NCBI GenBank assembly: GCA_022825665.1
Contig: JAJDWI010000091.1
Span: 7,160 to 71,159 of the forward strand
DNA from: Candidatus Poribacteria bacterium
GTDB taxonomy: Bacteria > Poribacteria > WGA-4E > WGA-3G
Direction of reading: 5' to 3'
Length of the DNA stretch: 64,000 nucleotides
The position numbers and the translations under genes are program-made. This document shows positions 8,634-19,142 of the stretch, piece after piece (positions within the stretch are counted from its first letter, which is position 1; each line of letters begins with the position of its first letter). The notes below the pieces were generated by a model. It was not told the DNA's origin and searched no databases. It saw only the letters and a program-made list of their open reading frames with translations.

Positions 8634-10445
8634 ATGCAATCCAATATTAGCAAACCGATCCTTGTGTATGATAATGACTGTGAATTTTGTAGATACTGGA
8701 TTACACAGTGGCAACATATAACACAAGATCGTATAGATTATGCCCCCTATCAAGAAGTTGCCCACCAATTCAATGAAATACCACTTTCAGCATTTCAATC
8801 CTCCGTGCAATTAATCTTAGAAAATGGCGAAGTTTTTTCGGGTGCAGAGGCAGTTCTCCGCGCTTTGGACAACCGTTTTTTCTTGTGGTGCTACTATAAA
8901 TTACCGTTGTTTGCTACTCTGTCTGAAGTAATTTACCGATTTGTCACACAACACCGACGGTGCTTCTCAGCAATGACGCGATGGTTTTATGGAACACATA
9001 CTGAAAAAACAACCTATACACTTACGCGTTGGATATTCCTACGTGGACTTGGTTGTATCTACTTAATCGCTTTTTTATCTTTGTGGGTACAGATTCATGG
9101 ACTCATTGGCAGTAATGGGATTTTACCTGTAAACGACTATTTAGGAGCAGTTCATCAACAGATAGGAGCAAAAGGTTATCATCTCATTCCCACACTATTT
9201 TGGTTCAATTCAACAGATTTTTTTCTTCATTTGCTTTGTGCTGGAGGAGTAATTTTATCTTTAACTCTTATAGCAGGATTCCTTCCAACTTTTAGTTTAA
9301 TCGGACTATGGGGATTTTATCTTTCACTTGTAACAGTTGGACAGGTATTTCTCAGTTTCCAGTGGGACGTTCTGCTGTTAGAGGTTGGATTGTTGGCAAT
9401 TTTTTTCGCGCCGTTCACAATACGTGAAACATTCAAACGTGCGACTGAACCTTCTGCCTCTTTTCTGTGGTTATTACGTTGGCTTCTATTCCGTTTGATG
9501 TTTGCATCGGGGTTCATCAAACTTGCAAGTGATGAAGTATGGCGAGACCTTACAGCCCTAAATTTCCATTATGAAACACAACCACTACCAACATGGATTG
9601 GATGGTATGTGCATCAACTGCCTGAATGGTTCGACAAAATCTCTGTCATAGGAATGTTTGTAATTGAATTAGGAATTCCTTTCTTGATTTTTGCACCACG
9701 TCGTGTGAGAACATTTGGTTGTATTGGTTTACTTGGACTTCAATTGCTAATCATTTTGACTGGTAACTACTGCTTTTTCAATCTATTGACAATATTACTT
9801 TGTCTGCTTTTGATTGATGATATTATATGGAAATCTCTACTTCCAAGACGTTTCATGCCAAGTATCAACATCGTTGATTTAACTCCTCGTAGAATAGGGA
9901 AAATATGTATTGTTGCTTTATCAATAGTGCTGTTCGTTTTCAGTAGTCTAAGGTTCGGAGGACAACTCTTTAATGAAACGAAACTGACAGAACTTGCTTG
10001 GATAAAACCATATCGGAGTGTAAACACTTATGGACTATTTGCAGACATGACAGAGACTCGTCCTGAAATCGTTATTGAAGGTAGTAATGACCAAATTACA
10101 TGGAAACCTTATGATTTTAAATGGAAACCCGGTGAACTAAATCGTGCACCAAGTTGGGTGGCTCCACATCAACCAAGATTAGATTGGCAAATGTGGTTTG
10201 CTGCACTACGAGGGAACTACCGTAATACTACTTGGTTTCTGGATTTTGTGGGGGCACTTCTACAAGGTAAGTCTGAAGTTCTGAAGTTGTTGAAGGAAAA
10301 TCCATTTCCTAATACTCCACCCCGTTATGTTAAAGCAACGTTATATGAATATCGTTTTACAGATATTGAGACGAAACGTTCTGAAGGAAAGTGGTGGCGG
10401 AGAGAAAGAATTGGAGTCTATTGCCCTACAATATCTCTTAGATAG
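8634..10445 (+). CDS. Fusion of a DCC-type thiol-disulfide oxidoreductase (DUF393) with a lipase-maturation-factor (LMF) family membrane protein
   Basis: N-terminal VYDNDCEFCRYW is a DCC CxxC motif. It is followed by multiple TM helices, and by C-terminal WVAPHQPRLDWQMWFAAL, which is LMF-like. Confidence 0.65.
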   Translation: MQSNISKPILVYDNDCEFCRYWITQWQHITQDRIDYAPYQEVAHQFNEIPLSAFQSSVQLILENGEVFSGAEAVLRALDNRFFLWCYYKLPLFATLSEVIYRFVTQHRRCFSAMTRWFYGTHTEKTTYTLTRWIFLRGLGCIYLIAFLSLWVQIHGLIGSNGILPVNDYLGAVHQQIGAKGYHLIPTLFWFNSTDFFLHLLCAGGVILSLTLIAGFLPTFSLIGLWGFYLSLVTVGQVFLSFQWDVLLLEVGLLAIFFAPFTIRETFKRATEPSASFLWLLRWLLFRLMFASGFIKLASDEVWRDLTALNFHYETQPLPTWIGWYVHQLPEWFDKISVIGMFVIELGIPFLIFAPRRVRTFGCIGLLGLQLLIILTGNYCFFNLLTILLCLLLIDDIIWKSLLPRRFMPSINIVDLTPRRIGKICIVALSIVLFVFSSLRFGGQLFNETKLTELAWIKPYRSVNTYGLFADMTETRPEIVIEGSNDQITWKPYDFKWKPGELNRAPSWVAPHQPRLDWQMWFAALRGNYRNTTWFLDFVGALLQGKSEVLKLLKENPFPNTPPRYVKATLYEYRFTDIETKRSEGKWWRRERIGVYCPTISLR

Positions 10446-10500
10446 CAACAATAATTACTATATTCTATACATATATCATAAGAAAAAGATAGGAGTTGAC

Positions 10501-11271
10501 ATGACCAGCGATTTTTTATCAGTTGCTTTAGATGCAGCAAAAAGCGCAGAAGATATTATAACCTCATATTATTTCAATAAGACAATCCAAGTAGATTTGA
10601 AAGATGATGAAACCCCTGTTACACTTGCAGATAAAGAAGCAGAAAAAGCCATCCGTCAAACAATCACACAAGCATTTCCTGATCACGGATTCTTAGGTGA
10701 AGAATATGGTATACAAGAGGGAACATCTCCTTATATGTGGATTATTGACCCTATTGATGCTACAAAGAATTATATTCGGAAAATACCGATATTTGGCACA
10801 CAGATTGCTCTGATGAAAGGTGAAGAACTAATACTCGGTGTTTCCAATGCACCACTATTGAATGAATTGCTATATGCTGAAAAAGGAAATGGTGCCTATT
10901 TTAATGGTGAACCGATTAAGGTATCACAGGTTTCGCAACCTGATGAGGCTATGATCTGCCACGGAGGTTTAAAATGGTTCACTGAAAAAGGTTTCCTTAC
11001 GGGAATATGTAATCTTATCAATGATACTGCTCGTAGTAGAGGGTTTGGTGATTTCTATATGTATCACCTTGTGGCATCAGGTAGAGTTGATGCTGTCATT
11101 GAAGCAGCAATTAGTATCTGGGATATTGCTGCGATTACTGTGATTGTACGTGAAGCTGGTGGAATGGTGACTGATATACAGGGTAATGCTATTACAAAAG
11201 AGACTTCATCTCTTATTGCGACAAATGGTGTCTTACATCAAAGAGTCATGGAATATTTTGATAAAGAATGA
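10501..11271 (+). CDS. Inositol monophosphatase-family phosphatase (IMPase/HisN-like)
   Basis: ATG at 10501 follows GGAG. Motifs FLGEE, WIIDPIDATKNY and WDIAA are present. The upstream extension to 10327 overlaps the preceding gene and is low-complexity. Confidence 0.8.
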   Translation: MTSDFLSVALDAAKSAEDIITSYYFNKTIQVDLKDDETPVTLADKEAEKAIRQTITQAFPDHGFLGEEYGIQEGTSPYMWIIDPIDATKNYIRKIPIFGTQIALMKGEELILGVSNAPLLNELLYAEKGNGAYFNGEPIKVSQVSQPDEAMICHGGLKWFTEKGFLTGICNLINDTARSRGFGDFYMYHLVASGRVDAVIEAAISIWDIAAITVIVREAGGMVTDIQGNAITKETSSLIATNGVLHQRVMEYFDKE

Positions 11272-11327
11272 ATGGATTTAAAAGTGATTAGGATTAGTAA
11301 CATAACAATAAGTGTAACCTCGGAATA

Positions 11328-11353
11328 GGCGGGAATCGGAGTTCCCGCCTACA
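11328..11353 (-). repeat. REP-like unit (hairpin plus CTAC) between convergent genes
   Basis: GGCGGGAA-tcggag-TTCCCGCC followed by TAC; the reverse complement reads GTAGGCGGGAA... It may also act as a bidirectional terminator. Confidence 0.65.
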
Positions 11354-11392
11354 ATGCGTAATTGTTAAATTAAATCTAAAATCTACCATTAT

Positions 11393-12271
11393 TTATATAC
11401 AACGATGATGATTTGTCAGGTCAATTTCTTTACCGATTGATAAATACATGGAAACGCTTTTCATAGATTGTAGCTTGAAGCCAAAGGACATAAGAGGGTC
11501 TTCATATCTGCTACCTTCACAGGTTTGCCAAATTGTTGGTTCATCTATTTCCTGTTGGAATGATTTGATTACATCTATAGGATCAGCATCTGGTACAGTT
11601 GGATCTGTTATGATGTTATCTGTCGATCTTTCTGATTGTTTAAACCATTCAACATAACCTAAGAGATTACCTTCACTGTGTAATACACGGTAATCGTTTA
11701 TATTGAATTGGTTTACCTCCATTTCATCAGGATTCCAACCAACTGGAAAATGAATTTTAGTCCACCTTTCACGTAATTTATGTAGGTAAATTAATTCATC
11801 AATATTTACTTGAGTCCATTTAAGATGAGAGTTACCATCAGATGGTGTAATAATTGTTCGTAACTCCCTGGTGATTAGCTTGTAGCCAACTTTCCTATAT
11901 AACTGTATAGCAGCTTCATTATCAGTATCAAGAATGCTACCGCGAAAATCAGAACTCTCAAAATATGCAATTAGGTCATGCAGCAATTGGGTTGCAATTC
12001 CTTTACGACGCATATCTGGAGCAACAAACATACTTGTTACATATCCAAAACTATGTTGTTTATTTTCGATAAAACGTGAATCTGGTTCTCCCATAACATA
12101 ACTAACTACTCTGTCCCCACAATAAGCTAAACGAATCCCAGAAGGTTCAAGGGAATCCCCTGGATCATTAAACTTGTTGCGAAACCATTTTTCATTGGTA
12201 TTCGGTAAGAACGCCAAAATAGCGTCATCATCTCCGGGCTGCCAATGTCTGTAAGTAATAGCACTTCGCAT
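11393..12271 (-). CDS. GNAT-family N-acetyltransferase with a C-terminal extension
   Basis: Acetyl-CoA motif A (VAPDMRRKGIATQLL) and LYRKVGY are present. The protein is 292 aa, and the second half is unassigned. Confidence 0.65.
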   Translation of the reverse strand: MRSAITYRHWQPGDDDAILAFLPNTNEKWFRNKFNDPGDSLEPSGIRLAYCGDRVVSYVMGEPDSRFIENKQHSFGYVTSMFVAPDMRRKGIATQLLHDLIAYFESSDFRGSILDTDNEAAIQLYRKVGYKLITRELRTIITPSDGNSHLKWTQVNIDELIYLHKLRERWTKIHFPVGWNPDEMEVNQFNINDYRVLHSEGNLLGYVEWFKQSERSTDNIITDPTVPDADPIDVIKSFQQEIDEPTIWQTCEGSRYEDPLMSFGFKLQSMKSVSMYLSIGKEIDLTNHHRCI

Positions 12272-12420
12272 GTTTGTCCTATAACCTGTGATATTGTTTT
12301 ATTTTAACACTACAACGGATGCAAATTTTCGGTTGGACCTAAGGTGATTTTACTGTTTGAATTGTGAAGCATATTGTGTTATAGTATAATCTATAATAGA
12401 TAAAGTGAGAAATAAAAAAT

Positions 12421-13101
12421 ATGCAGCTTGATTTCCAAGATATTATTGACCTATCCTATGTCGTTGACGAAAACAGTCCAAGAGAATTACCGATTGATCC
12501 TGTTAACATTTATGACCAAGCAACTTTAGAAAAAGATGGATACTTTGAGAGTCGTGTAGATATGTCTGGACACTGCTCCACACATATTGACGCTCCATGT
12601 TTGATGTACCCAGATGGGTATACCGTCGCAGAAATACCGAAGGAGAAATTGACAGGACACGCGGTGTTAATGGATTTCTCTGCAATAAAGAAACCTAACG
12701 ATGCTGTGACTGCTGATGATATATCAGCGTGGATTGCACAAAACGGTGAGATTCAACAAGACAGCATTGTTTTTATGCGAACAGGTATGGATAGATTCGT
12801 ATATCAAGACAATTTCAACAGAGAGTGGATCGGATTTAGTGAAGATGCTGCCAAATTCCTCGTTGAAATAGGTATAAAGGTGATTGGAACAGACGCGTGC
12901 AGTATTGATTCAGTTGCCGGACATCCACCATTGCATGATGGGTTACCCCCCGCACATCTTGTTTTTCTGGGTGAAGGAATACCACATGTTGAGGATTTAT
13001 GTAATTTAAGTCAATTACCTACACATTTCTATGTTGTTATCGCACCTCTAAAACTTGCGCGCAGTTCTGGTGCACCAACAAGAGTTCTTGCTTTTGTATA
13101 A
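12421..13101 (+). CDS. Cyclase-family protein (kynurenine formamidase-like metal hydrolase)
   Basis: HCSTHIDAP matches the HxGTHxDxPxH-type motif. GTDACSID and HVEDLCNL match cyclase-family hallmarks. Confidence 0.65.
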   Translation: MQLDFQDIIDLSYVVDENSPRELPIDPVNIYDQATLEKDGYFESRVDMSGHCSTHIDAPCLMYPDGYTVAEIPKEKLTGHAVLMDFSAIKKPNDAVTADDISAWIAQNGEIQQDSIVFMRTGMDRFVYQDNFNREWIGFSEDAAKFLVEIGIKVIGTDACSIDSVAGHPPLHDGLPPAHLVFLGEGIPHVEDLCNLSQLPTHFYVVIAPLKLARSSGAPTRVLAFV

Positions 13102-13163
13102 CACCAAAGGCTTTATGCTCTCCTTTTCTTTATTTCCTACAATGTTTTGTATCAATAGAAAAA

Positions 13164-14621
13164 ATGGTACTGAATATCCCTGAAACACTCTCAGACATCT
13201 TACATGAAATTGGTGAGATTGCTGGAGAAAATGCTTATCTTGTTGGTGGATCGGTTAGGGATCTCTTGTTAGAACGTAAGAACATTGACATTGACATTGC
13301 AGTAGAAGGAGATGCTATCAGTGTAGCAAAGCAGCTACAAAATCGTTGGAAAGGCACTTGTCAAACTCATTCACAATTTGGCACTGCTACCGTCACTCCT
13401 GCGAACCCAGATAGACCAAAAGTGGATTTTGTAACTGCCCGTAGTGAAACGTATAAAAAGTCAGGAACGTTACCTAAGGTAGAACCAGGAACACTAACAG
13501 ACGACTTACACCGAAGAGACTTTTCAATCAACGCATTAGCAATGTGTTTAGGCAAAAATGTCTTTGGAACAATAATTGATGAAACAGGGGGAATTGAAGA
13601 TCTAAAAAACGGTATCATTCGTGTCCTTCATAACAACAGTTATAATGATGATCCTACACGAATCTTTCGTGCCTATAGATATTCAGGACGATATAACTTT
13701 AATATTGCTGAACCTGACAAGTCTTTGATAGAAAAGGCAGTACCCCTGATAGCAGATCTTAGTGGTGAAAGAATACGGAATGAAATAGATAGGATATTTC
13801 TTGAAGATAAGGCACAGCAGATTCTACAAGACCTTGCTGAAGTTGGTGTCTATGAAACTATCTATCCTAAATGGAAAATTACTCCATCTTTGTCATGCGA
13901 TCTCATTATAGTAAAACAGGCAATTACTTGGGCAGCTGAACATATAGAGGATATAGATATACAAGAGGAACAATTATATTGGATGGCGATGTTTGGGTTA
14001 GCAAATAAACACGTCATACCAACATATCCTATTGAGGCTATCTGTTTTAGACTTGTGCTACCACATCAATTGTCCCGTGTAACAAAAAGCACACAACAAC
14101 TACGAAATGATGTAGAAACAAACAATGATTTAAGATCCATCTTTGATAAAGTTGATGTCAAGTTGTCTGAGAATGCGATATATGAATTTCAAAACGGAAA
14201 ATGGTGTATTGTTGATATTGACAACAAGGAAACTTATGTATATGATGACGGAACAATCTATACGGTACAAACTCCAATTATCACATATCGAAAATTGATG
14301 AATGTGCTTGAATCTTTTACAGATTCTACTGCTCCAAGTAAAATATACAACGACCTAAAATCATTTCCGATCGAAAGTCTGATATTAGGTTACTTGAATG
14401 ATGAGTTATCAAAAATACACCGGACTTTTATTGGAGATTACTTACTTACCTTGAGAAAGACACAACCGTTAATTACTGGAAAAGATTTAATACAATGGGG
14501 AGAAATTCCAGGAGACAATTTTGATGTCATTCTTAGTGATCTGTTTAATCAACAATTGGATGGAAAAATAAAAACTAAATCGGAAGCATTTAATTACTAT
14601 ACTTCTCAGAAAATGCAATAG
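13164..14621 (+). CDS. Class II tRNA nucleotidyltransferase / poly(A) polymerase family (CCA-adding-like)
   Basis: Head-domain motifs YLVGGSVRDLLL, DIDIAVEG, RRDFSINALAM and DPTRIFRAYRY are present. Confidence 0.7.
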   Translation: MVLNIPETLSDILHEIGEIAGENAYLVGGSVRDLLLERKNIDIDIAVEGDAISVAKQLQNRWKGTCQTHSQFGTATVTPANPDRPKVDFVTARSETYKKSGTLPKVEPGTLTDDLHRRDFSINALAMCLGKNVFGTIIDETGGIEDLKNGIIRVLHNNSYNDDPTRIFRAYRYSGRYNFNIAEPDKSLIEKAVPLIADLSGERIRNEIDRIFLEDKAQQILQDLAEVGVYETIYPKWKITPSLSCDLIIVKQAITWAAEHIEDIDIQEEQLYWMAMFGLANKHVIPTYPIEAICFRLVLPHQLSRVTKSTQQLRNDVETNNDLRSIFDKVDVKLSENAIYEFQNGKWCIVDIDNKETYVYDDGTIYTVQTPIITYRKLMNVLESFTDSTAPSKIYNDLKSFPIESLILGYLNDELSKIHRTFIGDYLLTLRKTQPLITGKDLIQWGEIPGDNFDVILSDLFNQQLDGKIKTKSEAFNYYTSQKMQ

Positions 14622-14668
14622 ACAAAATATAAGACTCTACAATACAATGAACGGAATACAAATAAATT

Positions 14669-15343
14669 ATGTTTGATATATGGCGTGCAATTCTTATCGT
14701 AACACAGTTCATAATACTTTTAACTTTTCATGAGTGGGGGCATGCAAAATCTGCCAATATGTTGGGTGATTCCACAGCGCGCGATCAAGGTCGTATGTCG
14801 CTGAATCCTGCTGTCCACATAGATCCAATCGGCACACTGTTTTTGCCGTTGATTGGTTCGCTATTTGGTGGCGGGTTTTTTGGTTGGGCAAAACCTGTAC
14901 CGGTTAATCCTTACAACCTTAAAAAGCCGAGAAGAGATATAATGCTTATAGCCGCGGCAGGTCCATTCATGAATATCCTTCTTACCTTTGCCATTTTTAT
15001 GATAATAAGATCTTTAGAACTTACTATCAATTTTCAACCGTATAATTCAAAGGTTCATTTAGGAATTTATAGATTCTTGAATGAAGCAGCATTGATAAGT
15101 GTATTCTTGGCTGCATTTAATATGCTTCCGCTGTTTCCTTTAGATGGGTTCAGTGTAGTCAACGGTTTACTTCCAGAACGGGCATCACGTCAGTTTTCAA
15201 AACTTGCACCCTATGGGATGCCAATACTCATGGGTCTTATTTTTGTGCCAGTTATTCTCAGGATCAATGGACCTCTAATTTATCTTGGAAAAATAAGTTT
15301 CTATATATTTGGCATCATTGCAAAAATTGTTGGTGTTCGATAG
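14669..15343 (+). CDS. Site-2 protease family (peptidase M50) membrane metalloprotease
   Basis: HEWGHA (HExxH) lies in TM1. There are multiple TM helices, and NMLPLFPLDG is the second M50 motif. Confidence 0.75.
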   Translation: MFDIWRAILIVTQFIILLTFHEWGHAKSANMLGDSTARDQGRMSLNPAVHIDPIGTLFLPLIGSLFGGGFFGWAKPVPVNPYNLKKPRRDIMLIAAAGPFMNILLTFAIFMIIRSLELTINFQPYNSKVHLGIYRFLNEAALISVFLAAFNMLPLFPLDGFSVVNGLLPERASRQFSKLAPYGMPILMGLIFVPVILRINGPLIYLGKISFYIFGIIAKIVGVR

Positions 15344-15390
15344 TAGTTGAATAACATTTCATATTGACCAATCGGATAGTATAAACGCTT

Positions 15391-16179
15391 ATGTTAACTG
15401 AAATCTCACCCGCAGAACTATCAACACATCCTATGTATTCCGTCAAATTAGACGGTTTTGAGGGACCACTTGACCTACTTCTGCAACTGATACAGAATGA
15501 GGAAATGAATATCCATGATATTCAGATAGCAGAAATAACAGATCGCTATCTGGAATATGTCATGCTGATGGAACATTTAGACTTAGATGTGGCATCAGAA
15601 TTTATGGTAATGGCAGCAACACTCTTACATCTGAAATCAAAAAGCATCCTACCCCAAATTGTGACGGATTCTGAACATCCTATAGGTACTCAAGAACAAC
15701 TCGTTCAACAACTATTGGAATATAAACGTTATAAAGAAGCTGCACAAGTTTTAGATAAATATGCAGAACGAAGAACCACAATTTACAACAGAAGTGAGAA
15801 ACTTCACAATGATTTAAGCGGAAAGCGTGCTTATGAGATTAAAGCAACGCTATTTGACTTACTCACAGCATTTAAAAACATTAACGATAGAAATGCACAA
15901 TCGGATTTAGATGATGAATACGAAACAGTTGAAGGTGAAACACTCACTGTTGAAGACAGAATATCCTTCATTGAAAGGGAATTGGAAAATTCAGACCAGT
16001 TACTTTTTGAAGATCTGTTTCCAATCAATTCAAGTAAAATTGATCTAATTGTAACCTTTCTCGCAGTATTAGAATTAATAAGAATTGGAACAATAGTAAC
16101 TGTCCAAACCGGTCTATTTGAAAGTATATATCTTGTCAAAGCAAAGAACGAAGGAAGTCGTATAACAACAGAATCGTAA
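15391..16179 (+). CDS. scpA: Segregation and condensation protein A
   Basis: FEGPLDLLLQLIQNEEMNIHDIQIAEITDRYLEY is the canonical ScpA N-terminus. The gene is followed by scpB. Confidence 0.85.
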   Translation: MLTEISPAELSTHPMYSVKLDGFEGPLDLLLQLIQNEEMNIHDIQIAEITDRYLEYVMLMEHLDLDVASEFMVMAATLLHLKSKSILPQIVTDSEHPIGTQEQLVQQLLEYKRYKEAAQVLDKYAERRTTIYNRSEKLHNDLSGKRAYEIKATLFDLLTAFKNINDRNAQSDLDDEYETVEGETLTVEDRISFIERELENSDQLLFEDLFPINSSKIDLIVTFLAVLELIRIGTIVTVQTGLFESIYLVKAKNEGSRITTES

Positions 16180-16202
16180 ATATCAAAAGGAATATTAGGA
16201 GT

Positions 16203-16832
16203 ATGGATACCGAAAACGCTGCTATTGACGATAATACGGAAAAACTTGATACACATTCAGGAGAAAATACAAAATCAATATTGGAAGCAATTCTTTTTGC
16301 TGCCAGTGAACCTATTACAATCAAGCAGTTTCAGCATGCAATACCTGATATGAATGCCAGAGAAATTCGAAAGGCTCTTTTTGAACTTCGTGATGACTAT
16401 CAACAGATGAATCGTAGTTTTCGCTTGATAGAAATCGCTAACGGTTTTCAAATATGCACCCGTCCAGAATTTTCTGAATGGATACGGAAATTCTATATTC
16501 AGCAGGTACGTGTTACTTTATCTCCTTCTGCATTAGAAACACTTGCCATTGTGGCATACAAACAACCTGTAACACGTAATGATGTTTCAACAATTCGTGG
16601 TGTTAACAGCGACAGTGTAATTAGTGCACTTGTGGAAAAAGGTCTCGTCTGCGTTTCAGGTAGAAAAGAAGGAGCTGGAAGGTCTCTGCTTTTTTCTACT
16701 ACCGATACTTTTCTTGAACAGTTTGGGTTGAAGAATCCATCAGAATTACCATCGCTTGAAGAAATTGAGCAACTTCTTTCCAATTCGAATGGAATTGAAA
16801 ATATTCATTCCATTCAGGAGGAAGCGGAATAA
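16203..16832 (+). CDS. scpB: Segregation and condensation protein B
   Basis: [17 protein letters not shown] and [24 protein letters not shown] are ScpB winged-helix motifs. GGAG RBS is present. Confidence 0.85.
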   Translation: MDTENAAIDDNTEKLDTHSGENTKSILEAILFAASEPITIKQFQHAIPDMNAREIRKALFELRDDYQQMNRSFRLIEIANGFQICTRPEFSEWIRKFYIQQVRVTLSPSALETLAIVAYKQPVTRNDVSTIRGVNSDSVISALVEKGLVCVSGRKEGAGRSLLFSTTDTFLEQFGLKNPSELPSLEEIEQLLSNSNGIENIHSIQEEAE

Positions 16833-18163
16833 TGAATTACAACGCTTGGTTTGAATGTGACTTAGGTTGCACTTATCCCTTAACAGAAGTTGTCTATCGC
16901 TGTAAGAATTGTAACGGTCTATTAGAGGTTAAGCATGACTTGGACGTGTTGAAACAACGTAGCGCAGATGAATGGAAATCTCTCTTTGAAAAACGATACA
17001 TGAGCACTGAATACCCCTATGGTAGCGGTGTTTGGGGCAAAAAAGAATTAGTATGTCCAATTATTGATGATGAGAATGTCATCTCAATGTGTGAAGGTGG
17101 CACTAATTTGTTTTGGGCTGATCGTTACGGTAGTCAACTGGGGCTTTCAGATTTATGGATAAAACAGTGTGGTAATAGTCACACAGGTTCGTTTAAAGAC
17201 CTTGGTATGACAGTGCTGGTTTCTATGGTCAATCAGATAATGTCCGATACAAGTAATATTAAGGCAGTAATGTGTGCATCAACAGGAGATACCTCCGCAT
17301 CATTGGCAGCGTATGCTTCTGCAGCAGGTATTCCCGCAATCATACTCTTACCTAAAGAGAAAGTAACACGAGAACAACTTATCCAACCCATAGCAAATGG
17401 TGCCTTAACACTTTCGCTGGAAACAGATTTTGATGGGTGTATGGCAATTGTTCAAAAACTTGCAGCACGAAAGGAATTCTATCTGGCAAACTCTATCAAT
17501 TCCCTACGCATTGAGGGACAAAAAACTATTAGTATTGAAATTGTCCAACAGTTTGACTGGGAAGTTCCTGATTGGATAATCATTCCTGGGGGTAATCTTG
17601 GCAATGTTTCTGCACTTGGTTTGGGTTTTTTAATGATGTATGAATTAGGAATAATTGACAGACTCCCACGTATTGCCTGTGCACAAGCACAACGTGCAAA
17701 TCCACTCTATCGTAGTTATCAAACCGGTTTCACAGAGTTTAAAGCGATCACTGCCCAATCTACACAAGCTACAGCAATTCAGATAGGTAATCCCGTTTCA
17801 ATTCAACGGGCAATACGGGTTTTGAAAAAGTTTGATGGGATTGTTGACCAAGCAACGGAAACCGAATTAGCTGACGCTGCTGCCAGAGCAGATAGAACAG
17901 GTCTGTTTAATTGTCCACATACCGGTGTCGCACTGGCTGTTCTCACAAAAATGGTTGAACGAAAACAGATAAAGTCGGATGATAGAGTCATCGTGATTTC
18001 AACAGCAAATGGACTCAAGTTTCCAGATTTCAAAGTTGCTTATCATAATGTTACTGCTGAAGAACCTACCCCACAATTCCTAAACACACCCATTGAATTA
18101 GAAGCAGAATATGAAAATGTACTGAAGCAGATAGACAAACATCTGGTAGACAGAGTTATTTAA
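16832..18163 (+). CDS. thrC: Threonine synthase
   Basis: N-terminal Cys ribbon (YRCKNCNG) and the PLP-lysine motif [10 protein letters not shown] are present. GNLGN lies in [10 protein letters not shown]. The ATG overlaps the scpB stop (TAATG). Confidence 0.85.
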   Translation: MNYNAWFECDLGCTYPLTEVVYRCKNCNGLLEVKHDLDVLKQRSADEWKSLFEKRYMSTEYPYGSGVWGKKELVCPIIDDENVISMCEGGTNLFWADRYGSQLGLSDLWIKQCGNSHTGSFKDLGMTVLVSMVNQIMSDTSNIKAVMCASTGDTSASLAAYASAAGIPAIILLPKEKVTREQLIQPIANGALTLSLETDFDGCMAIVQKLAARKEFYLANSINSLRIEGQKTISIEIVQQFDWEVPDWIIIPGGNLGNVSALGLGFLMMYELGIIDRLPRIACAQAQRANPLYRSYQTGFTEFKAITAQSTQATAIQIGNPVSIQRAIRVLKKFDGIVDQATETELADAAARADRTGLFNCPHTGVALAVLTKMVERKQIKSDDRVIVISTANGLKFPDFKVAYHNVTAEEPTPQFLNTPIELEAEYENVLKQIDKHLVDRVI

Positions 18164-18259
18164 CTTTTGGTTTTTAGTGAAGGATGAACGCCTATCTTTT
18201 GCAAAGGAACATTGGAATACAAACCTCTTATCCTGTAAATCCTGTAATCCTGTCCATCC

Positions 18260-18400
18260 TGGTTCAGACAACCTGATATCGGAGGTCGCTTTGATCGTTC
18301 TAACCTACGGGACTGTATGTGAGAATGCGGAGAAGATACCTCGTCCCACGATAATGTCCGAAACATAATGAATTGCGCGACTACAAACACATCTCTTCCT
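18260..18400. repeat. Composite intergenic repeat, copy B (homologous to 2842-3016)
   Basis: The same ordered blocks occur as in copy A (TGGTTCAGACA ... GAGGTCGCTTTG ... GTATGTGAGAATGCGG ... AATGTCCGA ... AATGAATTGCGCGACTACAAACACATCTCTTCCTT). It is preceded by a short ATCCTGTAA-like tandem at 18230-18260. Confidence 0.7.
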
Positions 18401-18466
18401 TAAATTGACACCTATGGTACGGTTTGCCAACCAATACAGAATGCCAAACGCGCATTCTACCGATCC
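18399..18466. repeat. TTAAATTGACAC box plus REP-like hairpins
   Basis: TTAAATTGACACCTATGG is shared with 27540-27557 (TTAAATTGACACTTATAGG). It is followed by AGAATGC-caaacgc-GCATTCT and then AC (CTAC end). Confidence 0.55.
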
Positions 18467-18580
18467 CAAAAATCTGTTTTACCAAACTTCGGTTTAAACG
18501 GTCATTCATAAAATATTTTACAAATTTAACGATAAAACTGAAATAAATTCAAAAAAAGCACAAAAAATGTAATTTTTAAC

Positions 18581-18624
18581 TTGACATTCGTTATTTATAG
18601 ATGTTATACTATATGTCACATATA
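18581..18624 (+). promoter_or_regulatory. Near-consensus sigma70-type promoter with an overlapping palindromic operator candidate
   Basis: TTGACA (18581-18586), an 18-nt spacer, then TATACT (18605-18610). The palindrome TATATGT-C-ACATATA (18610-18624) covers the predicted start site. No convincing CDS lies downstream. Confidence 0.5.
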
Positions 18625-18853
18625 ATCTTTGGTTGCGGGTAACCCAACTATGTTAACATTTTACAATACCAACATTCTTATGAATTTAGAAAAAATATAT
18701 GAAATGGCAGTCAAAAAACTGGCATTTTTCCAGATGATGCAAAAGTTACCAAAATTAAATTTTTGTCTCCTGAAAAAACCGGTGAAAATAACCAATAAAA
18801 CCAGACAGGCACTATACGCAGACCGATCACACCAAAAGTTACCGTTATGTAAA

Positions 18854-18879
18854 AAAAGGTTACCGTACGGTAACCTTTT
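18854..18879. repeat. Perfect 26-bp palindrome
   Basis: AAAAGGTTACCGTACGGTAACCTTTT equals its own reverse complement. The GGTAAC/GTTACC core recurs at 18638, 18745, 18838 and 18980. Confidence 0.8.
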
Positions 18880-19016
18880 AAAGGTAGAAAATCCGCTAAT
18901 ATTTTTTAGAAAAACTGTTTGGCAAAAAGTAGATTACACACATAAACAGAATCATCACCCTCAATTTTCTATACAGGAGGGTAACACGAAAAAACAGTCA
19001 ATCATACAAAACCCAA

Positions 19017-19142
19017 ACCGTCCCAAAAATGCCAAATTAAAGAATGCAAAAACCCACATAAAAACCCCAGTAAACCCAGACAGGAACTGGGATAACATCA
19101 CCGTCCCAAAACCGTCCCAAAAGACAAAAACTGGGACGGTTT
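19017..19142. repeat. Iteron-like ACCGTCCCAAA(A) repeats
   Basis: Direct copies lie at 19017-19028, 19100-19110 and 19111-19122, with an inverted copy TGGGACGGTTT at 19132-19142. The last direct copy and the inverted copy form an 11-bp stem with a 12-nt loop. Confidence 0.75.

Noticed and set aside
10327-10500. Upstream extension of the IMPase-family gene
   Set aside because: It overlaps the end of the LMF gene and then crosses AT-rich spacer (NNNYYILYIYHKKK). A GGAG RBS precedes the ATG at 10501.
18160-18390. Short ORFs on both strands over the repeat clusters: 18160-18390(-), 18177-18368(+), and similarly 37731-37961(-) ending MNCATTNAFF
   Set aside because: They are translations of the GC-rich REP-like hairpins. 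They have no RBS, and they overlap each other or the 3' end of the M24 peptidase gene.
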